IMG/VR virus record: IMGVR_UViG_3300037311_000260
Location: 1-28,370 of that record
Origin: a virus
Lineage: Duplodnaviria > Caudoviricetes
DNA: 28,370 bases
Reading direction: 5' to 3' (one strand)
The translations under genes were made by a program, and so were the position numbers. This document shows, one piece after another, positions 7,762 to 16,630 of this stretch (its first letter is position 1; each line of letters opens with the position of its first letter). The notes beneath the pieces are model-generated. The model had not been told where the DNA came from. It made no database searches and saw only the letters and a list, made by a program, of their open reading frames with translations.

Positions 7762-8200
7762 GGGGAGCTCCCGCAGGCTGGCGGTCGCCGGGCAGCAGCA
7801 CCACGGTCTGGCGCAAGGTGCGCGCGACATCGCCCGCCGCGCGCCAGAACACCGGAAACCGGAAATGCGCGAAGTCGATCTGCGTGATCGCCACCCGCTC
7901 GACGATGATGCGCGGCTCCCAGATCCGGAGCGCGTCGAAAATCTCGCGGCTGATGTTGGGGATGGCGATGTCCGGTCGGCGGTCGATATAGGGCATCAGC
8001 CGCGTGCACTTCTCCGGCTCCAGCGGCACCGAGCCCTTCTCGGTCAGGATGATGGTCCCGATGGACTGCTCGAGATCAGCATAGCCATGCACGATGTCGC
8101 CGAAGCCAAGGCCGTCAGGGCCTGCCGCCGGGTCCGGGTTGCGGACGAGGCGCGGCTGCCAATGCGCGTGGCTGATGGTCATCCGGTCGACGGCGGGCAT
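7751..8200 (-). CDS. Baseplate wedge protein W (GPW/gp25 family)
   Basis: DLEQSIGTIILTEKGSVPLEPE...ALRIWEPRI. Confidence 0.9.
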   Translation of the reverse strand: MPAVDRMTISHAHWQPRLVRNPDPAAGPDGLGFGDIVHGYADLEQSIGTIILTEKGSVPLEPEKCTRLMPYIDRRPDIAIPNISREIFDALRIWEPRIIVERVAITQIDFAHFRFPVFWRAAGDVARTLRQTVVLLPGDRQPAGAPRAA

Positions 8201-8252
8201 GGCCGAGGGGTACGCGCCCGCGCGATGGTTTGAGAGGCGCGCCGCGCGCCCC
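8201..8252 (-). promoter_or_regulatory. Putative activator-dependent late promoter upstream of gpW
   Basis: 21-bp box GAGAGGCGCGCCGCGCGCCCC (8232-8252, + strand) is identical to 20897-20917. Both lie 32 bp from a minus-strand ATG that lacks an SD. Confidence 0.7.
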
Positions 8253-8256
8253 GCCC

Positions 8257-8751
8257 TCAGGCCCCGACCGGAGGGCCGGGCAGTCCGGGCGGCGCGGAGA
8301 CGTGGCCGTGGGTCTTGTCGACCGGCACGCCATCGTTCTTGATGTGGCCGGCGTTGACGTCGAGATTGCCGGTCAACTTCACCGGCCCGGTGATCTCGAC
8401 GCCACCGGGGCAGATGAGCTTCATCAGGCCGGAGCCCTTGTCATAGGTGTAATCGAGGCCGCCTTCGAGCACATGCTTGATCTCGCGCCCGTTCTGGGTC
8501 GGCGGGCCATCCTGCTTTGAATAACGCGCGCCGAGGATCACGCCATCCTCCCCGCCGGCGTCGACCAGGCAATTGACCTGAGCGCCAAGGTCGGGCGCGT
8601 TGTAGCTCTTGTTGGCCGAGGTGCCGGCCATGTTCCAGCTGAGCCAGAAGGTCTGCATGCCGTCCTCGTCCTCCAGCCGGACACGGCTGCGGCCGCGCGC
8701 ATAGTCGTTCAGCACCACAACGCCCCGCTTGAACTGCGCGCCCCGGTCCAT
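8257..8751 (-). CDS. Baseplate spike protein V
   Basis: OB-fold N-terminus (RVRLEDEDGMQTFWL, PDLGAQV, GVILGA) and a C-terminal HxH (THGH) metal-binding tip. Confidence 0.9.
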   Translation of the reverse strand: MDRGAQFKRGVVVLNDYARGRSRVRLEDEDGMQTFWLSWNMAGTSANKSYNAPDLGAQVNCLVDAGGEDGVILGARYSKQDGPPTQNGREIKHVLEGGLDYTYDKGSGLMKLICPGGVEITGPVKLTGNLDVNAGHIKNDGVPVDKTHGHVSAPPGLPGPPVGA

Positions 8752-8762
8752 CGCCGTCCCCC

Positions 8763-9875
8763 TTACTGCCCGCCCGGCGCATACTGGCCCTGGGCAAGCG
8801 GCTCCGCCCCGGCCGGTTTGTTGCCGGTTTTCGGCGCACCTTGGCCTGACTGGCTTTTCGTGCCCGGTGGCACGGCCGCGATCTCGATGCTGGTGGTGTA
8901 GCTCTGCGCCCGGACGATGTGGTGCCGGCTCGCCTTGATCAGGTAGACCCCGGCCCAGCTGCCAAAGCCCGCATCGAGCGCGAGCGTCTGGCCGGCGAGG
9001 AGCAGGGGATTGCCCGGCAGCAGGATCGTGCCGGTCTGCCGCTTCATGTTCTCCTTCTCGAGTTCGCTCTTGGCGCGTTTCTGCGCCTGCGCCTCGGTCT
9101 CGACGCGCTCATCGATGCGCAACGTGTCGCCGGTCTTGACCTGCTTGTCCTCGACCTCCGCCTCGATCTTCTTCTTCTCGTTGCCCTCGTAATAGGTCAG
9201 CTTCGCCTTCGAGTAGGTCTTGTGCGCGGCCCGCTTCAGGTCGGCGGTGATGTAGTCGTCGCTGTCGGCGCGGATCGTGAACACAGGCGCGCGCTCATGG
9301 AGCTCGCGCCGCTCGGCGAAGATCATCTGGCGGCCGCGCACCGTGAAATACGCCCCATAGGCGTCCGCCATGCGGCTCAGGAACGCCAGGTCCCGCTCGC
9401 GCCTTTGGCTGATGCGCTCGAACGTCACCTCGGGCGGCGCGCCCACGATCGTGAGGCCGTGCTCTCCCGCGATCTTCTGGGCAATCTCCTTGAGCGACTG
9501 GCTCTCATAGCCCCGGCTTTTCGTGGTGCGCAGGCTTTTGGTGACCGGGGCCGCCACGCCTCGAAACGACATCGTGTCGCCTTCGCGGCTCAGCCGCACG
9601 GTCGGCTCGTCGATCTCGAACGCGCCGCACGGCGTCATCGGCAGGCCCTTGTAGCCGATGTCGAGCGTGACGCTGTCGCCATGCTCGGGACACCACGGAC
9701 CGCGCCACTTGCCGTCCCTGTCATGCACCGTGACGTCGATCTCGTCGGCCTCGCCATGCACCTTGTCGACATAGGTGCAGCTGATCATCTCGGGCTGCAG
9801 CTCGTTCGAGATGTCGACGCCGCGATAGATCAGCCGGAAACCCGGCTCGGCGGGCTGCTTCAGCGCGAGCATCAC
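8763..9875 (-). CDS. Baseplate hub / late control protein D (P2 gpD-like)
   Basis: YVDKVHGEADEIDVTV, CGAFEIDE, QRRERDLAFLSRMADAYG, GNPLLLAG. Confidence 0.92.
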   Translation of the reverse strand: MMLALKQPAEPGFRLIYRGVDISNELQPEMISCTYVDKVHGEADEIDVTVHDRDGKWRGPWCPEHGDSVTLDIGYKGLPMTPCGAFEIDEPTVRLSREGDTMSFRGVAAPVTKSLRTTKSRGYESQSLKEIAQKIAGEHGLTIVGAPPEVTFERISQRRERDLAFLSRMADAYGAYFTVRGRQMIFAERRELHERAPVFTIRADSDDYITADLKRAAHKTYSKAKLTYYEGNEKKKIEAEVEDKQVKTGDTLRIDERVETEAQAQKRAKSELEKENMKRQTGTILLPGNPLLLAGQTLALDAGFGSWAGVYLIKASRHHIVRAQSYTTSIEIAAVPPGTKSQSGQGAPKTGNKPAGAEPLAQGQYAPGGQ

Positions 9876-10108
9876 GCGGCGCTCCGCTTCCAGGGCGGCA
9901 GCAAGTCGCTCGCCAGCGGCTCGGGGTCGAGCACCGGCACCCTGAGCGTCAGGTCGGGCGGCAGCAGCGCCGGGATGATGCCGTCGATGAAGAGCGCGCG
10001 GTTGGCCCGGATCAGGGGCGCGATCCGGTTGGCGTCGCCATAATAGCGCCAGGCCAGGAGGTCCCAGCGGTCGGAGGGTCCGGTGACGTGCAGCAAGTAG
10101 CGCATCAC
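9872..10108 (-). CDS. Tail protein X (LysM-like)
   Basis: HVTGPSDRWDLLAWRYYGD...LIRAN...LPPWKR. Confidence 0.9.
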   Translation of the reverse strand: MMRYLLHVTGPSDRWDLLAWRYYGDANRIAPLIRANRALFIDGIIPALLPPDLTLRVPVLDPEPLASDLLPPWKRSAA

Positions 10109-10638
10109 AGGCTGACCCCGACGCCGGCCGAGACGCTGATCGGCCCGAGATCGACCTGAACGTCGACTTGAACTTCGACCGACAGGCTGGCGAGCGGCGA
10201 CAGGCCCACCGCCGACGCCAGCGCGATCGCCGCGAACACGTCGCGTGGCGACGGGTTCGGCGCTTCGACCAGCTTCAGCTTCACCTTGATCCGGACCGGC
10301 CGGCCCGCCGGCGTCGTCTTGAGCGTCTCGACGCTCATGTCCTCGATGAGCCAGCGCACCCCGTCGAACGCCCCGTCGCCGCTCACCAGCGGCAAGGCCT
10401 CGCGCCCGGCGAAGGCCGCCTGCAGCTTGCCGAGCTCGGCCTGCGGCTCGCAGAACGTCTCGTCGAAAAAGAAGCCCAGCTCCTTGTGGTCGTTGTCGTC
10501 GCCATGGTCCTGCACCGGCATCTTGCCGCGCGAGACCTTGTGCAGCACGAGCGCCGCCTTGCGGGTCTCGGACGCGCTGACCGGCCCGGTCCAGACCGCG
10601 TCGCCAATCCGAATGTCGCCGAAGAGCGCGTAGATCAT
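10105..10638 (-). CDS. Tail protein, P2 gpU-like
   Basis: MIYALFGDI...FCEPQAEL...LPLVSGDG...LKLVE. GAGGGGGAGG RBS. Confidence 0.85.
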   Translation of the reverse strand: MIYALFGDIRIGDAVWTGPVSASETRKAALVLHKVSRGKMPVQDHGDDNDHKELGFFFDETFCEPQAELGKLQAAFAGREALPLVSGDGAFDGVRWLIEDMSVETLKTTPAGRPVRIKVKLKLVEAPNPSPRDVFAAIALASAVGLSPLASLSVEVQVDVQVDLGPISVSAGVGVSL

Positions 10639-10648
10639 GGCCTCCCCC

Positions 10649-13600
10649 TCAATGCTGGGTGCGCTCGCGCCGGTCGAGCTCGGCGCGCAGCGTCTCGGCG
10701 AGCTCATGCGCCACGCCGGGCAGCGCCTGCCTGAGCTGGGCGATGAACTCCGGGCCGCCACCGCCCTGGAACGAGGGCGACAGCGTCAGATTGACGGTGA
10801 TCGGCCCGGACGCGCTGACGCCGGCCGACCCGCCCGCGGCCACGGGCGGTGGCGCGGTCGCCGTGGGCGGGGCCGACGCCAGCGCGGGAGACGCGGGCAG
10901 GTCGGGGGCGGCGAGGCCGGGCGAGGCCGAACCGGGCGCGGCAAGAGCCGCAAGGCCCGTGGCCAGCGCCGGGCCGGGCGCGACGCTCGCGGCCAGCCCC
11001 GCCGCCAGCGCGGCCGCCGCGGCGACGGCCGAGGGCGCGCCCATGCGGATTGCGCCAGCCAGGGTCTGCCCGAACTGGACCCGGTCGAGATCGGACAGCG
11101 GCCCGACCTTCGCGGGCGAATGGGGCAGCAGGTCACGGATCCTCTGCACGGTCTGCTGCGCCGCCTGCACCGCCTCGGCCGCGCCGGCCCGGATGCCGGC
11201 GGCGAGCGTGCTCATCATCGCTGCGCCATGCGACTGGAAGTTGGCCGAGGCGAAGGTGGCCGTCACGTTCGCCACGGCGATGTTCGCGGCGGGGCCGATC
11301 GCCTCAACCGCAAGCTTGGCGGCGGCGGCCTGATCCGCCGTCGCCTTCACATCACCCGCCGACGGACCGAACAGCAGCGTCCCGATCCGGCTGATGGTCG
11401 ACGTCACGGGAGCCAGCACCGTCGACACACGCTCGCCGATGCCGCCCAAGAAGGTCTCGACGCGCGTGAAGGCGCCGCCGAGCGCCGTCGCGATCCGGTC
11501 GCCAAAGTCGCCCAGCCATGTCACGGCCGGGTCAAGGCCGGCCTTCAGGTATGCAACCACATCAGGCAGGGGTCGAAATGCCGGCCAAGTGAGCGCGCCG
11601 AACCAGGTGGTCACGGCTCCCCACGCCGTCTCCAGCGCCGCCACCACGGGTGCGAACACCGCGCCGATTGCCGCCGAGAACGACGGAAGCTTGGGCCAAG
11701 TGAGCGCGCCGAACCAGGTGGTCACCGCCCCCCAGGCCGTCTCCAGCGCCGCCACCACGGGTGCAAACACCGCCCCGATCGCCGCCGAGAACGACGGAAG
11801 CTTGGGCCAAGTGAGCGCGCCGAACCAGGTGGTCACCGCCCCCCAGGCCGTCTCCAGCGCCGCCACCACGGGTGCAAACACCGCCCCGATCGCCGCCGAG
11901 AACGACGGAAGCTTGGGCCAAGTGAGCGCGCCGAACCAGGTGGTCACCGCCCCCCAGGCCGTCTCCAGCGCCGCCACCACGGGTGCAAACACCGCGCCGA
12001 TCGCCGCCGAGAACGACGGCAGCGCGGGCCAGGTGAGCGCGCCGAACCAGGTTGTCACCGCTCCCCAGGCCTGGGCGATGGCCGCGACGAGGCGCGCGCC
12101 GAAATCGGCGAGCCCGCCCACCACCGCCGCCACGCCCTGGCCCACCGCCTCGACGATCTGGCCCCACAGCCCAGCGAGCCAAGGCCCGATCGCGCCCCAA
12201 TGCTGGTAGAGCAGATAAGCCGCCCCGGCCGCCGCGGCGACGCCAGCCACGAACCACCCGATCGGGGTTGCCATCATCGCGGCTCCGAGCCCGAAAAGGG
12301 CGCGGCCAGCCATCGCGAAGGGCGAGGCGAGCATGCCGCCGATGCTGGCCAGCGTCGGAAAACGCGAGGTGATTATGCCGGCCAAGAGTGCGAACCGGAG
12401 TTGCAGCCCGGCGATGCGCAGCCCCACCGCCTGCAGCACCGCGCCCCAGCCGCCAACAGCCGCGACGCCGGCGCTGATGCCGCTGGCGAGCCCCTTGATG
12501 AAGGACGCGGCGATGCCCGCTGCGCCGGCCACGAGCCGCAGGCCCGCCCATAGCCAGCTCGCAGCCGTGCCCAGCAGCCTGAACGGCCCGATCACGGCCT
12601 TCACGCCCCAGGCCAGCACGGCGAAAGCGAACTTCATGACCGCGAGGACCACGAGTGCTGCCGCCATGGCGCTCGCCACTTGCGCGATGGTGGCCACCAG
12701 CTCGGGATTTGCCTTGATCCACGCCTCAACCTGCCAGACGAGGTTCGTGAGAGCCTGTATCTTTGCGTTGACCATCGGTGCGAGCGCCTGGCCAAGCGTC
12801 GTGCCAAGCTCCCCCATTGCGACGTTAAGCGCGCGCGCGACCTCAACGCCTAGTCCCATGCGCTTGGCGAAGTCGAGATCGATGATCCCCTGCGCACCGC
12901 GTGCGCTGTCGCGCATCTTCAGAAAGTCCTGGAAGTGCTGCATCAGTCCGGTTGCACCACCGAGAGCCTCCTTGTCCCCAAAAATGCCCTGCAGCTTGCT
13001 GATGTCGCCGCCTGTCGCCTTGTTCAAAACATCAAACATGGTTTCGAATACGGTGCCCTCCTTGCGGGCCTTCTCCATAACCTCGGTGATGTTGATCCCC
13101 GCGTCCTTGAAGGCCTTTTCAGCCGGCTTCAATGTGATTTTGCGCAGCAGGTCCTGCAGGTTGGTGACGGCCTCTCCCGGGGAGCCCACGTTGCGCCGCA
13201 TGATCTGCAGCGCAGCCGCCAGATCCTCCACCGCTTTCTGGCCGGTCTGCCCCATCGACGAATACTGTGCGCCAAGCTTTGGGAAGAACTGTGCCATGTC
13301 CTTCAGCTCGAACTGGCCGTCCTTACCCGCCTGCGCCATGGCGTCGAGCGCGCGCGTCACTTGACCCGGATCGATCTTGAGATTGTTGATCAGGCTGACC
13401 GTGGTCTTGGAAAGATCGTCCATCGACGACTTTGTGGCGACGGCCGCCCTTGCCAGTGTCGGGAAGGCCGCCTCGGCCTGCGCCATGGTCACACCGCCAG
13501 CCGCGAGCTTGTCGATGCCGGTCAGCATGTCGGTCGACGCCATGTTGACGGCGCGCGCCTGCGAGCGGACGCGCTCGCCAAAGGCTGCGAGTTCAGCGCC

Positions 13601-13981
13601 CGTCGTACCAGACTTCATGCCGATCTCGTTGAGGACGTCCTCATAGGCGTTGAATTGCTTCACTGCGCCCATGATCGGTGCTGCAACGGCGGCGGCAGAG
13701 CCCAAAGCGCCGAACAAATCGCCTGGGGCAGCGGCAGCGCGCTGCTGCGCCGCCGCGAGCTTGTCAGCTCCAGCCGCCGCTCGCCCGGTATCCTGTCCAC
13801 CCCCACCCAGAAACCGCCTATCCGGTCCGCGCGCCGGTAAGCCGGGGGGCGGTGGCGGCGGTGGAGCGGGAGGCATGGCCGGCGGCGGCTTGGCCTTGCC
13901 GATCTTGTCGACCGCGTCCTGTACGCGGCCGATCGGCCCCGATGCCCGGTCGATGGCTTCGAGGATCAGCTCGACGCGCAT
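10649..13981 (-). CDS. Tail tape measure protein
   Basis: 1110 aa, Ala/Gly-rich. MRVELILEAIDRASGPI start, core GKDGQFELKDMAQ, central hydrophobic segments, Trp/Phe repeats, C-terminal LPHSPAKVGPLSDL. Confidence 0.95.
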   Translation of the reverse strand: MRVELILEAIDRASGPIGRVQDAVDKIGKAKPPPAMPPAPPPPPPPGLPARGPDRRFLGGGGQDTGRAAAGADKLAAAQQRAAAAPGDLFGALGSAAAVAAPIMGAVKQFNAYEDVLNEIGMKSGTTGAELAAFGERVRSQARAVNMASTDMLTGIDKLAAGGVTMAQAEAAFPTLARAAVATKSSMDDLSKTTVSLINNLKIDPGQVTRALDAMAQAGKDGQFELKDMAQFFPKLGAQYSSMGQTGQKAVEDLAAALQIMRRNVGSPGEAVTNLQDLLRKITLKPAEKAFKDAGINITEVMEKARKEGTVFETMFDVLNKATGGDISKLQGIFGDKEALGGATGLMQHFQDFLKMRDSARGAQGIIDLDFAKRMGLGVEVARALNVAMGELGTTLGQALAPMVNAKIQALTNLVWQVEAWIKANPELVATIAQVASAMAAALVVLAVMKFAFAVLAWGVKAVIGPFRLLGTAASWLWAGLRLVAGAAGIAASFIKGLASGISAGVAAVGGWGAVLQAVGLRIAGLQLRFALLAGIITSRFPTLASIGGMLASPFAMAGRALFGLGAAMMATPIGWFVAGVAAAAGAAYLLYQHWGAIGPWLAGLWGQIVEAVGQGVAAVVGGLADFGARLVAAIAQAWGAVTTWFGALTWPALPSFSAAIGAVFAPVVAALETAWGAVTTWFGALTWPKLPSFSAAIGAVFAPVVAALETAWGAVTTWFGALTWPKLPSFSAAIGAVFAPVVAALETAWGAVTTWFGALTWPKLPSFSAAIGAVFAPVVAALETAWGAVTTWFGALTWPAFRPLPDVVAYLKAGLDPAVTWLGDFGDRIATALGGAFTRVETFLGGIGERVSTVLAPVTSTISRIGTLLFGPSAGDVKATADQAAAAKLAVEAIGPAANIAVANVTATFASANFQSHGAAMMSTLAAGIRAGAAEAVQAAQQTVQRIRDLLPHSPAKVGPLSDLDRVQFGQTLAGAIRMGAPSAVAAAAALAAGLAASVAPGPALATGLAALAAPGSASPGLAAPDLPASPALASAPPTATAPPPVAAGGSAGVSASGPITVNLTLSPSFQGGGGPEFIAQLRQALPGVAHELAETLRAELDRRERTQH
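11583..12070. repeat. 111-bp (37-aa) tandem repeat, about 4.4 copies, inside the tape measure gene
   Basis: Units start at 11583, 11694, 11805, 11916 and 12027. They encode WGAVTTWFGALTWPKLPSFSAAIGAVFAPVVAALETA. Confidence 0.97.
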
Positions 13982-14003
13982 GTGTCAGCTCCCTCGCCCC
14001 TGG

Positions 14004-14183
14004 TCAGCGCGCCCGCTGCGCATCCTTCATGGCCTTGGCCTCGGCTTCGCGCTGCCGGGCCCACTCCGCGTACCAGTCCGAGAAATCCGAGACCGGCAGG
14101 CCGAGCAGCGCCTCGAAGCCGAAGCCGTCGCGCACCATGGCGACGATCGCGGCCACCGTGGGCCAGCGCCGCCCGCCCGTCAG
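14004..14183 (-). CDS. -1 frameshift extension of the tail assembly chaperone (G-T type fusion, 14004-14521)
   Basis: Slippery G GGA AAC (14183-14189) lies directly before the chaperone stop. The -1 frame reads LTGGRRWPTVAAIVAMVRDGFGFEALLGLPVSDFSDWYAEWARQ...RAR* and ends just upstream of the tape measure RBS. Confidence 0.85.
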   Translation of the reverse strand: MTGGRRWPTVAAIVAMVRDGFGFEALLGLPVSDFSDWYAEWARQREAEAKAMKDAQRAR

Positions 14184-14521
14184 TTTCCCGCGGCGTCGGC
14201 CTCCTCGGCCTTGTCGTCGCTGAGCATCTCGGCCGCCAGCGCCAGATAGTCCTTGCCGCGGATGCGCTCGCGCAGCGCGCCCATGGTCAGCCGCTCACCG
14301 TCGAAGGTGGCGGTGGCCTGGGCGAGGTAGAGCACGAACAGCGCGCTGTCCTTGGCGGCCGCCTTCTGCGCGGCGACCACCTGGGCGACGGACGGGTCGG
14401 CGTCGTAAACCACCGCGATGCCCGACTTCGGCAGGCGGAAGGACTTCGGCTCCCGCATCGCGTCGACGTCGCGCACGGCGGGCGCGGGGGCGGGGCGGAG
14501 CGGCGTGTGGGTCTCGGTCAT
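14180..14521 (-). CDS. Tail assembly chaperone
   Basis: 113 aa between tube and tape measure; ends in a slippery heptamer (…AAGN*). Confidence 0.85.
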   Translation of the reverse strand: MTETHTPLRPAPAPAVRDVDAMREPKSFRLPKSGIAVVYDADPSVAQVVAAQKAAAKDSALFVLYLAQATATFDGERLTMGALRERIRGKDYLALAAEMLSDDKAEEADAAGN

Positions 14522-14796
14522 CGGTCAGTCCTTCCCATGAGGTGGGCGCGTACGGCGCAGTCCCTGGCTTCGAGCAGTTTCCGAAGCGCGGTGGTGCGCT
14601 CGGCATTCGCGGGCGTCGTCTCGACCAGCGCCTTGGCGATGGCGAAGAATATTGCGCTCACGCCCGCCAGCGGCCAAGGCAGGCGCCAGTAAGCGAAGAA
14701 CTGGCAGATCGGCTCGATCTCGGCGAGCTCGACCAGCATCGCCTCAAGCGCGGCGCGGTCGGCCTCGCTGACGCCCTCAGTAGGCCGGCCAGACAT
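14518..14796 (-). CDS. Small helical-hairpin protein, possibly Acb2/Tad1-like
   Basis: EPICQFFAYWRLP...VSAIF...PANAERTTALRKLLEARDCAVRA matches a widespread phage family. ATGA-coupled to the chaperone gene. Start ATG 14796 or 14739. Confidence 0.6.
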   Translation of the reverse strand: MSGRPTEGVSEADRAALEAMLVELAEIEPICQFFAYWRLPWPLAGVSAIFFAIAKALVETTPANAERTTALRKLLEARDCAVRAHLMGRTDR

Positions 14797-15298
14797 CCGC
14801 GCCATTCACCCGGTTGATGTTCTCGAACGGCGCGAACTCGCGGATGAACTGGTCGGTCTCGGTCGACTTCACGACATAGCGGATGACCGAGCACTCATGC
14901 TCGCGGCCGATCGGATCATCGCCGTTCTTGAAGGCGTCCATCGCCTCCTCCGCGAACAGCAGGCTCGCGGTGGTGATGATGCGGTAGCCGTCGCCCACCA
15001 CGAGCCCGTCCTGGTCGAAGATGTCGACGAACTTCTCGAACTGGAACGTGATCGCCCGGTTCGGCAGCGCCGTCTTCAGCATCACGGCCGTCTCCAGCCA
15101 GCTGAAGCTGATCTTGGCGTCGATGGGCTCCAGCGTGCGGCCCGGCAGCTTGACCTTGCCGACCATCCCGAGCGCCTCATGGGTGACGCGCTCATAGGCC
15201 ACCTTGTCGACCTCGAACTCCTTGATGCGGCCCACCAGCCGGGAGCCGTCCATGTAGACGTCCGCGTTGGTGGTCTGCCCGATCTTGATCTCGCGCAT
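14777..15298 (-). CDS. Major tail tube protein (P2 FII-like)
   Basis: TNADVYMDG...HEALGMVG...ENINRVNGAD; follows the sheath gene with an AGGAGAGG RBS. Confidence 0.9.
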   Translation of the reverse strand: MREIKIGQTTNADVYMDGSRLVGRIKEFEVDKVAYERVTHEALGMVGKVKLPGRTLEPIDAKISFSWLETAVMLKTALPNRAITFQFEKFVDIFDQDGLVVGDGYRIITTASLLFAEEAMDAFKNGDDPIGREHECSVIRYVVKSTETDQFIREFAPFENINRVNGADVWPAY

Positions 15299-15310
15299 GG
15301 GGTCCTCTCC

Positions 15311-16630
15311 TTAGGCGTTGCCGCCCAGGCCCAGGGCCGAGCGCACGAGGTTCATGTCGATGTAGCTCTCGACCGAGATGCGATGCATGATCGACATCGG
15401 CGCGCCGTCGAGCCGGTACCAGAAGCGGCCCTGGCCGAGGATTTCCTCGGGCGTGTTCTTCTTCCGGTCGAAGCGGAAGCGGCCGCCATAGAGCCAGCCG
15501 TCGCGCTCCTTGAGGTTGATGTATTTCTGGATCTGATCCTCGATGAACTCGACCCGCTGCGGCGTGCCGCGCCGGTCGATATTCGGCATGAGGTTCCACT
15601 GGATGGTCTCGTGCAGGATGTCGTACATCGCCCGCACGTGCAGCCACGCCGTGACGTTGCTGCCGCTTGTCGCGCCCCAGCTCGACGCGTGCGCCCCCCA
15701 GGTTTTGATCGCCCCGCCATATTCGCCCATGTTGCAGGTGGCGATGCCGGCCTCGTTCAGCATGTTCGTGTCGGAGCCATAGTCGCCCGGATAGAAGCTG
15801 AGCGGGATTTCGAGGTCCGACACGTCGGTCATGGGGCGGTTGGACGGGCTCGCGGCCGGGCCGCCATCATCGTCTCCGTCCTCGCGCGTGACGGTCTCGT
15901 TCCAGATGCCGCCGAAATGCTGCGACAGCGGCTGCAGGCTCTGGCCCGTGCCGGACGGGTCGCGCGCCATCACGTGCGGCGCGCAATAGACCAGGCGATC
16001 ATCGCCGAGCTGATAGGGCTGGGCCACGCCGCGCTGCGCGATGATGCCTTGCTTGGTCAGCCCGAGCGGCATGTCGCAGATCGCGTGCGCCTTGATCTTG
16101 TTCGCGACCGCCAGCATCTTCTGGCGCACCGACAGCGTGGTCGAGAAGCCGGGCGCGATCAGCCGGCGCGGGAAGTAGCCGAACTTCGCGTAGGTGTAGT
16201 AGGCGGCCTCGAAGCCGGTGGGCTGGCCGTTGCTCTTCAGCTCGCCGGCGATCATCGCCGGGGTCACAAGCGTCGGATCGGGCGTCGACCCGTCTTTGTG
16301 CACGTCCGGGTCGAACACGTTGCGCACCACCAGCGTGCCGACGCCGCGCCCGCGATCCTTGTTGAAGATCGCGTGCAGGGCGGCCGGGATCGAATAGGCC
16401 TTGCCCGCCGTGGTCGCGCCGGAGAAGGGGCCGAACGCGGCGACCGCATCCTCCTTCGTGCGGATGATGATGTCCTTCTCGATGTAGGCCGCCCGCGCCT
16501 GCACCGTCGTGTGCAGCGTCTGGATCGGCGCGGTGCCGACCAGCATCATGGTCGCGGCCTTGATGTCGCGGATGGTCCGGCCGGCCTCGAAGCGCTCGAT
16601 GACCTCCGGGCCGTGGTGATACTCACCCAT
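15311..16630 (-). CDS. Tail sheath protein (contractile tail)
   Basis: YHHGPEVIE, LVGTAP, PRRLIAPGFS, ASPSNR, LNEAGI, WGAH. Confidence 0.95.
   Translation of the reverse strand: MGEYHHGPEVIERFEAGRTIRDIKAATMMLVGTAPIQTLHTTVQARAAYIEKDIIIRTKEDAVAAFGPFSGATTAGKAYSIPAALHAIFNKDRGRGVGTLVVRNVFDPDVHKDGSTPDPTLVTPAMIAGELKSNGQPTGFEAAYYTYAKFGYFPRRLIAPGFSTTLSVRQKMLAVANKIKAHAICDMPLGLTKQGIIAQRGVAQPYQLGDDRLVYCAPHVMARDPSGTGQSLQPLSQHFGGIWNETVTREDGDDDGGPAASPSNRPMTDVSDLEIPLSFYPGDYGSDTNMLNEAGIATCNMGEYGGAIKTWGAHASSWGATSGSNVTAWLHVRAMYDILHETIQWNLMPNIDRRGTPQRVEFIEDQIQKYINLKERDGWLYGGRFRFDRKKNTPEEILGQGRFWYRLDGAPMSIMHRISVESYIDMNLVRSALGLGGNA

Noticed and set aside
11583-12070. Tandem repeats as a CRISPR array or DGR template/variable repeats
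   Set aside because: There are no unique spacers, the period is an in-frame 111 bp within the tape measure gene, differences are not adenine-specific, and no cas or reverse transcriptase gene is present.
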